64,000 nt of DNA from Eledone cirrhosa (lineage: Eukaryota): positions 189,162,001 to 189,226,000 of the forward strand of contig OZ024742.1 of the NCBI GenBank assembly GCA_964016885.1, in the 5' to 3' direction. Both the position numbers and the translations under genes were made by a program. The notes beneath the pieces are model-generated. The model was given only the letters and a program-made list of their open reading frames with translations. It made no database searches and was not told the DNA's origin. Shown here piece by piece: positions 1 to 14,927 of the stretch (positions are counted from its first letter, which is position 1; every line of letters begins with the position of its first letter).

Positions 1-99
1 TATATCTATATATATATATTAGAATTGCCGATATATATATCTGAAATAGCGATGTATACATGAATGTATATATAGTATATTTGGCAATATACTGTATGC

Positions 100-408
<309 letters not shown>

Positions 409-1192
409 GGGGGGGGAAGAGAACTAAGGTGTTCGCTCCAACATAGCTGTATACGTAACCATATCATTAGATATACATTGTTATTGTCTCTTTCTAAGTG
501 AAGGAAAATCTGAAAAAAATCCTGCAGCTTCGGAAGTATCCGCTGATGTTGATCAGTTTTCCTCTTCGGGTAGTGTTTTCGATGCTCAGATTGGTCGAGT
601 GCAAGGCCTTCGACAGGGCAGCCATCATCATGTATATATAGACATATATGTATGTATGTATGTATGTATGTATATATATATAGACTTATATATATATGTG
701 AGTCAGTATAAAACATGTTTATTCGAAAGGCATCATGTTTCAATGACTGGTACTTAAAGTTCTTTTGCTACTGATGTTGACGTTTATTTTCAGTAATTTC
801 TGTGTGTGTGTATATATACGTATGTGTGTATGTGTGTGTATGATGTATGTATATTTGTATGTATGAATGAGCGAGTGTGTGTGTCTAATTAACCATATCA
901 CTGAAATAACTTGTCGAAATTGAAATATATATAATATAAGTAGGACTTAGGTTATATGTAAGAATTTGTCTCTGATAAACGTTTTTGAAACTAATATTAC
1001 TTTCCAATGTTTACTTCATATGTCAAAATTTGGCATGGAGATAGAATTTATGAAAAAACAACAGCATTTGTAAAACCATTTTAGTGAGACAATATAGACA
1101 AGTACGTAATCTTTCCAAAATGGAGATTGGCACATACATTACATACAGTGGGCAGAGTTTCTGAGTTTTGGCTCAGTTTCATGTATATTAAG

Positions 1193-1291
<99 letters not shown>

Positions 1292-1402
1292 ATATGTGTC
1301 CAAATTGTTCGACTGTTATTCAAACCTACGTTGTAGCAACATACAGCAAGCTAATATATATTTCAATGTATGTATGTATGTATGTATGTATGTATGTATG
1401 TA

Positions 1403-1860
1403 TATTCTTCTGGTTTTATAATTTCATAAAGTTTTACCAATAGAGAGAGAGCCGGTTTCTAATATAGACACAAGACTCTCTCATTGGAATTTACACAACA
1501 TCAACTAGGTAGATACGTATGTATGCATGTTTGTGTAGATATGGATGTTATAGTATGTGTGGGTGTGTATGTTTTGAGTTGTATGTGTGCATGTGTATAT
1601 GCTTTGTATCTGTACATGTGTATATGCAGTTATTAGATGCAAAATCTTTGGAATATTTTACATATTTTTACTGTTCCATTAATGGATTGTACTTGTAATT
1701 TCCTAACTAGTTGTGTTCTTTCTGTTCCGGTGAAGCCTAGCTTCTCAAGATTTGTATTGAAGCAGTTACTAACATATCCCATGCCCCAATAATCACAGGC
1801 ATAAATCTGAAGGTGTAATCAGGGTGGAGTGTCTGCAGATTTCTCATCAGTTCTGCATAA
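1403..1860 (-). mobile_element. 5'-truncated REL-type (R4/NeSL-like) non-LTR retrotransposon 3' end inserted in (TATG)n
   Basis: Minus strand encodes YAELMRNLQTLHPDYTFRFMPVIIGA...LGFTGTERTQLVRKLQVQSINGTVKICKIFQRFCI* (REL C-terminus, frameshifted), then a 3' UTR. (TATG)n lies on both sides. Confidence 0.7.
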
Positions 1861-2004
1861 ATGTATGTATGTATTATGTATGTACGTATGCATGTACATA
1901 TGCATCTATGTATGTATGTAAAGGGTAAACGGAAATAACAACACAATTGGTACAGTATATGGAAGGAATATATTAGGTTAACGCTTTAAGTAGCAGCAAG
2001 AGCG

Positions 2005-2040
2005 TCTTAATGTTTCGGACGCTAGTCCTTCATCAGAAGA
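2005..2040 (-). ncRNA. Minimal hammerhead ribozyme, family A (element ~1920-2130)
   Basis: Reverse complement: TCTT-CTGATGA-A-GGAC tagc GTCC-GAAA-CAT-T-AAGA. Homologous copies at 26193 and 37920. Confidence 0.7.
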
Positions 2041-3189
2041 AAGAATGAGAAATTAGAAAGATTGAAGGGACGGGCGGGGTGGAATTGGAAAAAAGTTTTT
2101 AGAGAAAAATATGTTCGTATGTATATATGTAAGTAATTCTAATATTTTATTCTTACACAAATGTTTTATATGCTTGTATCTCATATTTTATCATTCCTGA
2201 TTGGTCTTATTTCTAATTCTAATTATAATACTTGTTTATCTTCATCAAAACTCGTTTTCACGATAAGAACTACTACTAAAACGTCTAAAGATGTTGTTGA
2301 TACTATTACTTTATAATATTGCGGGCGCAGTCATGTTTAAGATATAAAGACGTTTGCTTTGCAACCATAAGTTTCAGAATTAAATACTATGTAACAGATG
2401 TGGAAAGTGCTATCTAACATAGCCATGTATCTACCTATACCGTATAAGTGACATTGGGTAGACGGAAACTGTTTGGAAGCCCACCAAAAGGACAGTACTG
2501 AATCTTCTTGTACTGAATCTTCTTGTGCTGAATCTTTGGCAGAATTACATTATGGGTCCACGTGTCTGTGGAAAACACATCCAATTGTACGTTAATTTCT
2601 TAAGTAGGCTTTTCCATTGTTCGAACAACTGGAACACTCTTCGTCGAAACCGACGGAACTCCTTTCTACAACTGCTAATGTTAATATTGGCAAAACCATA
2701 TTAGAATATTATCTTCAGTACTTAGTATTTTTTGTTCAAATCCCAGCAAAACTAGATTTGCTTTTTCTTCTTTCGGGATTCATTGATGGAAATATCAAAG
2801 TGTCAGACAAGTGACTTTACGGGATCTGTCCTAGCTTTCTGTGTTCTGAGTTCAAATATTGCCTCAAGACACCAGGAAAATTAAAGAATTAAACTTGGGA
2901 CCCTTATCATGATACCCCCAAGGACCCTCCTATAAAACGCAACTTCATGCGCCACAACAACAACTACTACTGTTACTAATTTTTATTCTGACATTTTTTT
3001 AATTGTCTGATAATAATAAAGTCTTGAACAGAATATATTGAGTTTCCGTCTTTTATAGCGGTTCTTCTAGTAATCTTTTAGTTCGGGATGAATGTCCGAT
3101 TCCATAGGTTATATATTTGATATCACCAAGGAATAATGAAAGCGAGTGTTTTGTTTTCTTTGTATTTCTCTTTCTTCGACTCCAATCAG

Positions 3190-3268
3190 TGGAGTTATCG
3201 AATTGCACGCGAGTCAAGAAATTTATGGACAAGAATTTGACTTCCTGGAACAAATAAATCGATATGAG
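3190..3268 (+). CDS. Host gene exon A (DUF5648-like protein, N-terminal region)
   Basis: Pyrimidine tract + CAG acceptor, GAG|GTGATT donor. Encodes GVIELHASQEIYGQEFDFLEQINRYE; phase 0 exit matches exon B. Alternatively a first coding exon from ATG 3136 with a 1-nt indel. Confidence 0.5.
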
Positions 3269-3541
3269 GTGATTTCACGACAATAGACCGAAGTCACCGA
3301 GTGACGATCCGATAAGACGCTTTATAGTTTTAAAGCCAAGCCATTTTAGTTTAATTTAGCGCTCACATGAATACATCAAGTATCAATTTCGAATATTGAA
3401 CACATGGCCATTATAGAGTGAACAATTGAGTGACAATGAATACTATAGATCCTCCGGCAAATCAGCATTCGTATAGTGAAGGGAAAATGAAAATTGTAAT
3501 AAATTACACGAAGAAATTATCCTGAACCAACTTTCTTTTTT

Positions 3542-3606
<65 letters not shown>

Positions 3607-3905
3607 TCTCTTGCCGTTGAAAGTAAATTATCCTTAAGACATGAAAGACAGACGACATGATACATCAATACAAAGGCCTTATAAATATATAATTGTAACA
3701 TCGTGGGTGGGCAGTAAATGCTGGTAATTTTATTATTTCAGAGCGTGTTTTTTTTTTTTATTATTTTAAGGTTTATTTTTGTTTAAAATCTAATTTCCCG
3801 ATTTTTTTATACATAAAGTGCGAGAGATTTAGTGATATATATATATGGGTGTGTGTGTGTGAGGGGGGGGGGGGGGGAGATAACATAATTTTTACATGGT
3901 TTCAG

Positions 3906-3939
3906 GCGATGCTTCCGCTATTTTCTGAAAGAAAAATAG
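3906..3939 (+). CDS. Host gene micro-exon B (34 nt)
   Basis: GGTTTCAG acceptor, TAG|GTATAT donor. Encodes AMLPLFSERKI(G); phase 0 in, phase 1 out. Confidence 0.45.
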
Positions 3940-3942
3940 GTA

Positions 3943-4007
<65 letters not shown>

Positions 4008-5252
4008 GAAATTCTTTCAGCTGCCATATTGTCTAGATTTTCTCAATAACAACGTCTGCATCATATTCCAAGTATCAACTAGTATTTCTTGTATCTTGTA
4101 GCTATCGTCTGCTCTTGTAAAGTTTCCGATAATATTATTCTGTCACATAAATCGATCATCAACAAATCATTGAAAACTTTCTTTCCTATTTGGTATTGCG
4201 ATCGATTTAAATGAAAAGATTTTTTTTTATTTCTATTTGTGTGTGTGGACTACACATGCATATTTATGTATATGTGCTTGCGATTGTTGGATAGTTGAAG
4301 AAAAAGTCTGGTATAAATTGTCGTATGTTTTAATAGTTAGTGTGTTGGGTTCAGGTTCGTAAGGTCGTAGTTTCGATTCCCAAACTGGATGTGGTGTTGT
4401 TTGCTTCAATGAAGCACCCAATTTCACGTTGTTCTATTATATACGGTTACAAAAGATGAGAACCAAAGTATTAACGGCTACTGTGGATAATAGATACCCA
4501 ATTGCCGCTGGTATTTTGATGTTCGGCTGTTTAGATCCCATGAAACTGAGTTAAGGTTTAGGTTTCTTCCAGCCTTTAGGAAGCATAAGATATCAGATAT
4601 AAAACTGTAACTTTAACACTAAATAATCGACCTTACAGAAATTACATTCAGATCTTATCGATCTAACAAATAGAGTTGTTTATATATTCAGAAAGCCGTC
4701 ATGACATGGAGAAAAAGCCTTATGTTATTCTATACAGTTGCAGGTGTACCCCATTGATATATGTTATAAACAAAACAAATTAATAGAATGTTTGATAATG
4801 GGGGAAGATGTGTACTCTAAGTCACTTAGGCATCGTCTACCCTGTGAAAACATAGATAAAGGGAGATAAATTGCTAAAATTCCTAAATTAATTTCTAACT
4901 TTTAAAGAAAACGAATCACCCAACCAGTACTAATATTACTGATTTAATTCAAAGTGGGATGTTGTAACTATTGAGGTACTTCTGTAATTCATTATGTAAA
5001 TATATTTAAATGTGGTAGACTGGTAGAATTGTTAGGGCGTTGGAAAAAAAAGCCTCATATTATTTCTTCTATGTTCAAATTACGGCAAGTTGAACTGTAC
5101 TTTTCAACCTTTTGAGGTCGATACAATAAAGTACCGGTCAAGGACTAGAATCGATTTAATTGGTTCTTCCTTGCTCTTAAATTTTCTGGTATTGTGCCTA
5201 CATTACGTAGTTTTTGTTACCTTGACTAAAATGATGTTTTTTCTCATTGCAG

Positions 5253-5297
5253 GCGCGCATCTGTGGCGGTACCGTCATGGTCCAGTGGACAATTTCT
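5253..5297 (+). CDS. Host gene micro-exon C (45 nt), DUF5648-like LWRY..DNF
   Basis: TTTTTTCTCATTGCAG acceptor, TCT|GTGAGT donor, GC-rich against the background. Encodes (G)AHLWRYRHGPVDNF; phase 1/1. Confidence 0.75.
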
Positions 5298-5951
5298 GTG
5301 AGTTGAAACCCTCAAATATTTGTTTTCTTTAATATTATTTAATAATTTAAGTGATCAGCAAAAAGCAGCTCAAACGTGAGATAGTGCTGGTGAATGAAAA
5401 TATGTGTGTGTGGTGCTATAGTCTAATTACTGAACCTAGTAATACAGTAAGTTTGTGGTTTACTCTGTAAACATCTACAAAAAGTTAGTATATGAGACTT
5501 AGACGAATATATTCGTAAGAATGTAACTGAATAATGAGTATCAACATGTCATTATTCTCAAACATTACAAATCATGCATTTTTTACCACCTAACGAAAAT
5601 TATCCCACACATACAAAAGTGAAGATAGAGCCGTTTTGTAACTGTAATTGTATTGGTTAGAGTGTTTGGTTCACTATCGTAAATCATGAATTCAATTCCA
5701 GAAGAGGACAACATGTTGTGTTCTTGAACATAACACTTTATTTCATGTTTCTCCTGTCCACTCAGCTGGAGTAAAATGTGTTGCAACGAAACTGCAAGCG
5801 ATTTCGGTCTTTTCTCTTCCCTTGCTGAGCATTTTATATATGGTGTATAGTATACATATGAATTGCAGTGCACCGGTACAAAGCAGTAGTTGCCTTGGCA
5901 TTTCTTTGGCAAACATCATATATAGTGTATATATATATATATATATATATA

Positions 5952-6128
5952 GGAAAGTGTTTGACCCCGACGGCAGAGTTCAAGCCGTTTCGACGGCTAT
6001 TTCTGGACTGAAACGGCTTGAGCTCTGCCGCCGGGGTCAAACATGTTCCTATTACCCACTCTACTACCCTAAGTATTGAGTACTCTGGTACGTTATGGTC
6101 CATCTGGTTCCTTACCACACTTCCGACG

Positions 6129-6130
<2 letters not shown>
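5952..6130. mobile_element. Fold-back element family E between (TA)n tracts, carrying the 3' half of a hammerhead
   Basis: About 40-bp inverted arms (AGGAAAGTGTTTGACCCC...GTTTC / GAAAC...GGGGTCAAACATGTTCCT). Minus arm reads GAAA-CGGC-loop-GCCG-TC. Related pieces at 14383-14441 and 17716-17755. Confidence 0.6.
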
Positions 6131-6180
<50 letters not shown>

Positions 6181-6518
6181 CAGGTCGATACACAATAAAT
6201 ATTTTTCATATGTAAACGAAACTTTCTATTTTATATATATTTATATAACACATGAAACAATCAAATTTTTGTTTAATGCATTTAATTGCATTACACACAG
6301 ACACACACACACAGTTTCTTCCAGACAAATGGCTGGATTCATCGGAGCATACACAATGTTAAAACAATTCTAGTCTTTAGAACACACGTTAAGATACATT
6401 ATAATTAATAGTGTCAGTGACATTATATTAAAGAGCAAGAAGAACAAAATAATATTACAGTGAAAAGATAGTAGAATATTGAAGAGCATCAATTAATATT
6501 TTAGTATTAATTAATATG

Positions 6519-6551
<33 letters not shown>

Positions 6552-6589
6552 GCACTATATATGATGTTTGCCATCGGTACATACATACA

Positions 6590-7050
6590 TACAAAACCTG
6601 TCAAAGGGCAAAGGAGTTCTTAAGAGTCAATGGCCATCCAAAATCACCGGGAGAGATGACCCCTTAGCCTTTGTCAAGGCAGAATTCTAGGAGAAGGAAA
6701 ACTCTGATATAACACCTGCAACCCTGATGGTATCCAATGAGTTGTTCTTCTTTTTGGTAAATATAATCTTGGTTAAGAGAGTGGGACTGGCTTTGTGCAG
6801 TGCCTCTGCTCACTATAAAAGCTTCACGGCACAGGCATTGCTTTATGTCTGGAGATCTCTCTGTACTTGTCGTCACATGGTACCGTGGGCCCAGCACTAT
6901 GTGTCCATAATTGTCACAAGTGTAGTGTTTGTACCAGAGTTTTCAAGTCGCTGGCTGGACAAAAAAGTCACACTCGTTCAGCGTATCGGTAGGGGTTCTC
7001 CTACATGGATATAAAGTAGTTGCCGTACTCGAAAACGAGTTGGCAGCCAC
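6590..7050 (+). mobile_element. Degraded RTE-like LINE fragments
   Basis: CTAGGAGAAGGAAAACTCTG motif and a terminal C2H2-like CSVCTRVFKSLAGQKSHTR*. Confidence 0.4.
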
Positions 7051-7604
7051 CATGTATAGATGGATGGATAGATGGATGTATGGATGTATAAATATGTGTA
7101 TGGATGGATGATTGGATATGTGTATGTATGTATGCAAGTGCGTACATATGTATGTATGTATGCTTGTTTGTATGTATGTATATATATATGTAGGTTTGTA
7201 TGTATGTATGAATGTTCGGATGTATGAATGTGTGTATATACGTATATATGTGTGTATGTAAGTTCGTATATATGTATATATGTAGGTTTGTATGTATGTA
7301 TGTATGTACTGATGGAAGGATGTGTGTATATATGTATATATGTGTGTATATATGTATATATGTGTGTACGTATGCATTAAAGTTATTAAACAACACAAAT
7401 ATTATGTTGCAAGGTTAAGTGGTCGCAAGAGTGATTTGACGGCATAATATGTGGAAAGATTTCTCTCTATGTGAGTGTGTGTCTGTGTGTGTGTTTGTGT
7501 GTCAGAGGTCAAAATGGTCATTATTGATAATAGTAATCATATGTTTGTATGTATATATGTGTGTGTCTGTTTGCATACATACACACATGCATACATACAT
7601 GCAT

Positions 7605-7690
<86 letters not shown>

Positions 7691-7878
7691 GTCTTTCGTG
7701 TATAAGCGTGTGTTTGTCTCTCTCCCTATCTCGCTTCCTCCACCCCCCCCCCCCCACACACGCATACATACACACATATATATATATACATACACACATA
7801 CACACACATGTATACAAATATATATATATACATATACACACACACACACACACATATATATAGAGAGAGAGATAGATT

Positions 7879-7943
<65 letters not shown>

Positions 7944-7952
7944 TTAGATATA

Positions 7953-8009
<57 letters not shown>

Positions 8010-8052
8010 GTACATATATATCTACATATATATATCTACATATATATATGCA

Positions 8053-8125
<73 letters not shown>

Positions 8126-8509
8126 ATATATATGCATATATATAGTCATGTGATGTTTATATGCGTGCTGGATGCATAGCATACGTGTATGTGCATAAAG
8201 CGACAGTAAACATGCTGCACTGTCAAAGCTTTATTGATGTAAGCCGTGTATCACGAACAGAGAAAATGTCAACTAATTCCATTAAGTGGTAGGTTTTAAG
8301 AAGGAACCAATAGAATCATTCTGGTTTCCTTCACCTCGCCATTATACATATAAATTCACGTCCGTATATACGTTTTCACTAATTTTACACAAACAATCAA
8401 ATATATAGAAACACCGATAGACACATTCATGCTTACACAGATACATACATACACTCACACATTAATGCATGCTTGAATACATATATACATAAATACATGC
8501 TACCATATG

Positions 8510-8547
<38 letters not shown>

Positions 8548-8626
8548 TGTGTGTCTGTGTGTGTGTGTATAAATATATATATATATATATATGTATATAC
8601 ATATATGTATATACATATATATATAT

Positions 8627-8702
<76 letters not shown>

Positions 8703-8716
8703 ATATATACATAATG

Positions 8717-8747
<31 letters not shown>

Positions 8748-8789
8748 TATGGAATACTGTTGGCTTCTTGCTACAATAATTTTTATACT

Positions 8790-8832
<43 letters not shown>

Positions 8833-9175
8833 TATATACGTAGCTACGAATATATAGGCCTGTGTGGGCTTACATACATATATACACATATAAAGACATA
8901 CGCACACATACACATAAACCTAGATACACGACAGTTCGTTCAAATTGCGACAAAGAAGCCACAGACAAAAGTCGCCTCTGTCAAATGTATTAATATATCA
9001 CTGTTTACCAGAATCTCATAATATTCCCACAAATGCGTCTATCATTACAAGAACATCCCAGAATCATTGTTAGACGTGGAATGGCCGAATGGTTCAGACG
9101 TTGGCTTCGCAATCACATTCTTCTGGGATTCGATCACAGTAATTCGGTAGACAGAAACTTTTGGGAAGTTATATA

Positions 9176-9228
<53 letters not shown>

Positions 9229-9279
9229 GTGTGTCTGTGTGTGTGGATAGGTGTGTACTTGCATGTACGTATTATGTAA

Positions 9280-9328
<49 letters not shown>

Positions 9329-9330
<2 letters not shown>

Positions 9331-9475
9331 GTATTTTCCGACGTCGGAGACGCTACTTTTTTCCTAAAATAAGTCTAAACAATTCTACCATGCCTTCCTG
9401 GAGGCCGAAAGTTCTTCACTATTTTTTCCAACTTTTTGATTGAGGACGAAGCATCTTCGGCACCGGGAAATACGG
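9329..9475. mobile_element. pogo/Tc2-like MITE
   Basis: TA-CCGTATTT...AAATACGG-TA terminal inverted repeats with TA target site. Confidence 0.7.
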
Positions 9476-9554
<79 letters not shown>

Positions 9555-9669
9555 CGTAAAATAAGAAAATTATAAAATTAACTTACTTACTAAAATATCA
9601 CTTCCAACTAATTAGTTTCTGGAATGGAGTAAATATATTTGTAAATGTATATGTTACTAGATATTAATT

Positions 9670-9766
<97 letters not shown>

Positions 9767-10338
9767 CGCATACATGTATGTATGTATAGAGCTGAATGCT
9801 GATCACTTAATATTACCCCCCTGTTGCTAATCCTATTGCTAATCTGCTTCATATTTTACTCACTGCTTTGTACTGCGCCAATCAAGAGGGACATCAACTA
9901 CATATCTATATACATACACATATGTATGTATAATAAATAATAAAGCTGTTAATTATTCTGTTCAAACTATATAATAATAAAAATCATTATAATTATAATT
10001 TGGCGCTTCTATCTTCCACGAGACTTATCAAGTTATAAATTTCAAGTTTTTGATTCGCAAATAATAGTAAATGAAATATTGTTATTTACTCCTCGAGATT
10101 GGCGTAATTATACTGTATTATTATAAGAATGTTAACACTCTACACAACATTACATAACGACAGGACACTATTTTTGTTTACTCTATTTACTATTTATTTC
10201 ATAACACTGATTTCTTAAGACATTTTCCAATTAAATCTTGACACCATAGGCATTATATATTTGATATTGCTTGACAGTAGACATATACAATGATAATACT
10301 CTGACAACTTGTTCCTACTTATTATCAATATATATATG

Positions 10339-10417
<79 letters not shown>

Positions 10418-10644
10418 TATTATTCAACGTGAACACTATGTATGCTTTGGTACAGACTAGATACAGAAAGACCGTAAAGTACCAACGTTGAGAGCTTTCG
10501 TGGTTATGTTACCTAATATATATATATACACACACATTTATATATATAACAAAAATTAAATTAAGTGTTGTCATGTCTGAGAGACATGCGCCATATTCAC
10601 TGCAGAAAATGCTCAAAGATTCCAATGAATAGATCCGAGCATTT

Positions 10645-11063
10645 TATATCAACTAGAAATCGATTGACATATATATATATAAAATAAACATATGAAACAA
10701 TCACAGGGAATAGTTTGTAAAGTGTGTAAGCACACATAGCTAGGTAGGTAACTAATTAAATTTAACTAGAACTTCAAATATAGATACCTTTTAAAATTAT
10801 TAATCTCCTTTGTATATATTTCTTTAAATAAAAAATATTTCGATTAATTACCGATTAATTGGTGAAATATATTTTTTATTTAAAGAAATATATACAAAGG
10901 AGATTAATCATTTGAAAAGGTATCTATATTTGAAGTTCTAGTTAAACTTTAATTAGTTACCTACCTAGCTATGTGTGCTTACACACTTTACAAATTATTC
11001 CCTGTGATTGTTTCATATGTTTATTTTATATATATATATGTCAATCGATTTCTAGTTGATATA
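10645..11063. repeat. Long fold-back (about 200-bp near-perfect inverted arms), PLE-tail-like
   Basis: 10645-10841 is inverted at 10864-11063. A degenerate HHR (ATGTC-TGAGAGA ... GAAA-TCGA-TT-GACAT) lies at ~10573-10670. Confidence 0.8.
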
Positions 11064-11081
11064 TATATATATATATATTTA

Positions 11082-12126
11082 CGAGGTTTGTCTCAACAGT
11101 AAGAGAACTGATTTCCTGTGTATGACATGGTAATGCAGCATATCGTTGATGTATGGGTTATAGATGTGTGGAGTATGGCCTTGGCTGCACGTTCATATTT
11201 GTTTCAATATGATCGATTGAGTCAGTCGTGAGTCATTGCTGCTTATGTACAGACGTGTTTATATCCTTAGTTACTTTTGTAACGTAGGAAAATATCGAAC
11301 AACGGCACGCGATCAGATTTTGTGTGAAACTCAACAAATCTGCTATCGAAACATTTAATTATTTTACACAAGCTTAAAGAGATGTCACTCTTTCGAGAAG
11401 TATGGTTTTTAAGTGATACAACGCTTTCAAAGAGAGCCAAGAAAATGTTGAAAATGAACCTCATTCTGGAAGACTAATCTCGTCAACAAATGAAGAAAAT
11501 GTTGAAGTGGTGTGAGTTGTAATGGCGAAAGATCGCGTATTAAGTGTTAGGATGATTGCAGAAGAAACGTGCTGGGATAAAAATGCAGTAACAGAATTTT
11601 AACAGATGCAAAAACATTGCGCAAAACTAGTGCCCAAACACTTGTCTGTGGGGCAAAAAGCGATCCGGTTGCAAATGTCAGGATTTGTTAGAAAGACTCG
11701 AAATTGAGCCAAATTTCTTAGATAAAGTAAAAACATGAGAAGAATCATAAGTGTTCGAGTACAATCCAGAGCAAATCGGCAAAATGAGGTGTGGCAAACG
11801 AAATATAATCCTCATTTGACGTAAGCACACATGCGCAGTTCCAGAGCGAAAAGAAACCCAACTCTAGCTCCGTGTGTTTTCTACCACTTCCCTAATTTGA
11901 AACAGAAGTTTTAGGGTCATCATTTTGGAACTGAGAAAAACATAAAAAATTGTAAACGACGAGCGAAGAACACTCACATAAAATGACTACAATCAATGGA
12001 AAATCCTTGAAACAACTGTGGTGCTTCCCAAGGGTCGTATTTTGAAGGAAAAAACTTGTAATTTCATGTACGTCTAATATACATTTAAATAAAACATCAT
12101 TACCGTTACCTTTTGGACAAACCTCG
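11082..12126 (+). mobile_element. Mariner DNA transposon fossil (pseudogenised transposase)
   Basis: TIRs CGAGGTTTGTC...GACAAACCTCG. Translation EQRHAIRFCVKLNKSAIETF...SRSMVFK*YNAFKESQENVENEPHSGR is a mariner HTH region with stops, frameshifts and internal deletions. Confidence 0.85.
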
Positions 12127-12147
12127 CATGAATATATATATATATAC

Positions 12148-12214
<67 letters not shown>

Positions 12215-12330
12215 CAGGTAGAACAATTGAAGGTAATATCCGTAGTGGTAGAGCACTAAGTCTATGGGACGAGGTTAGTAGAAATAAATAGTAACAGAAT
12301 ACTACTTCTATATATAAATACATATATATC

Positions 12331-12457
<127 letters not shown>

Positions 12458-12472
12458 AAATATATATATATA

Positions 12473-12928
12473 TAATAAATCAGGAAAGAAGATTGACATG
12501 GTTTGCTATACAAAAAAGGTTTTTAATCTCATTGCTGACAATTATTTCTCTGACTGGTAGGTCTATTCGCTTGTTTTCACGTTACTCGATCGCCAATACA
12601 AAATTATAGCCAGTCAGTTCTTCGGAGCATGCGATCGAGTAACGTGAAAACAAGCGAATAGCAATCTCTAGACCTACCAGTTCAGAGAAACAATTGTCAG
12701 CAATGAGATTAAAAACCTTTTTTGTATAGCAAACCATGTCAATCTTCTTTCCTGATTTATTATTACTCCAAGTGTTTACAACATAGGAATTACAGCATAC
12801 TCGCAACATCACTATGAAAACGCCTTGTTGAGTCAAACCAAGCCAAGCGTTGATATCATCCACTACCCGGAATACCATAACTGGACTACACCTAAGTGGA
12901 CTGCATATAACTATTATTTGTTACCCCG

Positions 12929-12929
<1 letters not shown>
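12473..12929. mobile_element. Fold-back HHR element family I
   Basis: Arms ~12473-12593 and ~12631-12763, then a unique tail; (TA)n flanks. Confidence 0.75.
12533..12629 (-). ncRNA. Hammerhead ribozyme motif with CCGAAGA core
   Basis: Reverse complement: TGCT-CCGAAGA-A-CTGACTGG...CCAGTCAG-A-GAAA-TAATTG-TC-AGCA. The + arm has GAAA-CAATTG-TC-AGCA. Confidence 0.65.
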
Positions 12930-12980
<51 letters not shown>

Positions 12981-12982
<2 letters not shown>

Positions 12983-13079
12983 GGGTGTCCCAAAAAATGT
13001 ATACACACTTCAACAGCATTCTAATGAACATTGCCTGTACATGTAGTCAAAGTTTGTATGCTCTTTTTGGGACACCATG
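12981..13079. mobile_element. Tc1/mariner-like MITE (second copy at 31123-31229)
   Basis: CAGGGTGTCCC...GGGACACC(A/C)TG TIRs in (TA)n; shared internal CTTCAACAGCATTCTAA. Confidence 0.75.
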
Positions 13080-13290
13080 TATATATCTATATGCATCTGA
13101 TACGATATACAAATCTGTTTTGACAATATAATATTCTTACTGCCTATATTTGATTTTGACATTACACACACGTTCTATACGTTACCTATAAACCCACATC
13201 TTGACATAAGACACAAAATTCAAACATGAAGTGACGTTATCTTCTAATCTATACACAGATACTTTCGATATGATTTTGAAACATGGATAA

Positions 13291-13751
13291 TATAGGTTAC
13301 TGTTAGTTGACTGAAATATGTATAACTAATATTACAATTACAACAACATCATCATCAAAGGATGGATTTACCTATAAACAAAATGGAGTTCAAAGATGTT
13401 GTCACGGTCATGGTACAGTAAAATATCGCTTTCTATATCTATGCAATATCTTTATCGATTACCTATTTATTTATATATTTTCAATGAATCATGAGCAGTG
13501 AGTGTTTTGTTTTTCTATTTTTGATTGAATTTTATATTTAAATAAAAGGATAAGTGGCTAAAACTTCACCGTCTAATGCAGATTTAAGGCAAAGAATACC
13601 TTACTATACACACATAAATAAGGAATGTATGTGTACGTATTTCTGTATTGTTACTCAATAGATATGATTGAATTGAATCTTTCCCATTCTGACTGCCTAG
13701 TATAAGATTGTGCCAATAATCTGCATTTAAGGATAAGGTTTTGGCAGCTTA

Positions 13752-13818
<67 letters not shown>

Positions 13819-13888
13819 ATATTATATATGCATAAATATGTATGTATAGGTGTATAGACTTATATATATGTATATATATATATATGTG

Positions 13889-13935
<47 letters not shown>

Positions 13936-14182
13936 CGATATTTGTTGAAATGTATATATTAATTTACCATGAAACAAACCTTGTATGTTCAATTATATCG
14001 TACATGTAATATTGTAGTATATACCAGAAATGTAAGAGGTTTCAATCTAATAATAATAATTTGGTGGTGAGGAGAGTGACTCTTTTCCAATATGACTTTA
14101 CAATGCTCTTAACAGGTTTCCATAATTTTTGCTGACATCCTTTTAGTGAAAATGAATGGCTCGTACATGATTCTAAGACTTG

Positions 14183-14269
<87 letters not shown>

Positions 14270-14379
14270 TTACTGTTAGTTGACTGAAATATGTATAACT
14301 AATATTACAATAACAACAACATCATCATCAAAGGATGGATTTACCTATATACAAGATGGAGTTCAAAGATGTTGTCACG
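13291..14379 (+). repeat. About 115-bp direct repeat (13291-13407 and 14266-14379)
   Basis: ATAGGTTACTGTTAGTTGACTGAAATATG...GATGTTGTCACG occurs twice. Confidence 0.8.
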
Positions 14380-14542
14380 AATTAGTCCAGAATTAGCCGT
14401 TGAAACGGCTTGAGCTCAGCTGTCGAGGTCTTACTGGTTCCTATATATATATATATATATATATATAATACATATGAGGGAATGAATTCTGTGAGAGAAC
14501 ATCGTTATTTTTTCTCCCTCATATCAAGAATTTGAAGACAAT

Positions 14543-14630
14543 TCATTTTCATCTGATGAGATCAGTGATAATCGATCATAGCTTCACAATCAATCTATCT
14601 CTTATTGAAACATGTGTCGTGATTAAATGA
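14543..14630 (+). ncRNA. Hammerhead ribozyme motif
   Basis: TCATTTTCAT-CTGATGA-GAT...ATT-GAAA-CATGTG-TC-GTGATTAAATGA (bulged stem I). Confidence 0.55.
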
Positions 14631-14663
14631 TTGGAATTTTACCTTGCCTTCGGATTTTCATTT

Positions 14664-14700
<37 letters not shown>

Positions 14701-14927
14701 AGCAAATTATAAACGTAAACATGTAAGTATGTTTTTGAAACGGTGCGCGAGTTTGAAATTAGAAATTAGAAATTAGAATTTCTAATTAGAAATTAGAAAT
14801 TAGAAATTAATTTTAGAAATTAATTAGAAATTAGAAATTAGAAATTATAATTTCTAATTTCTAATATATATATATATATTTCTATAGATAACGGGGAATC
14901 ATTGATGCATCGAAACACAATTTATTA

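Noticed and set aside
2292-2348. Signal-peptide-like MLLILLLYNIAGAV
   Set aside because: Runs into a degenerate SINE head and a stop, with no donor site.
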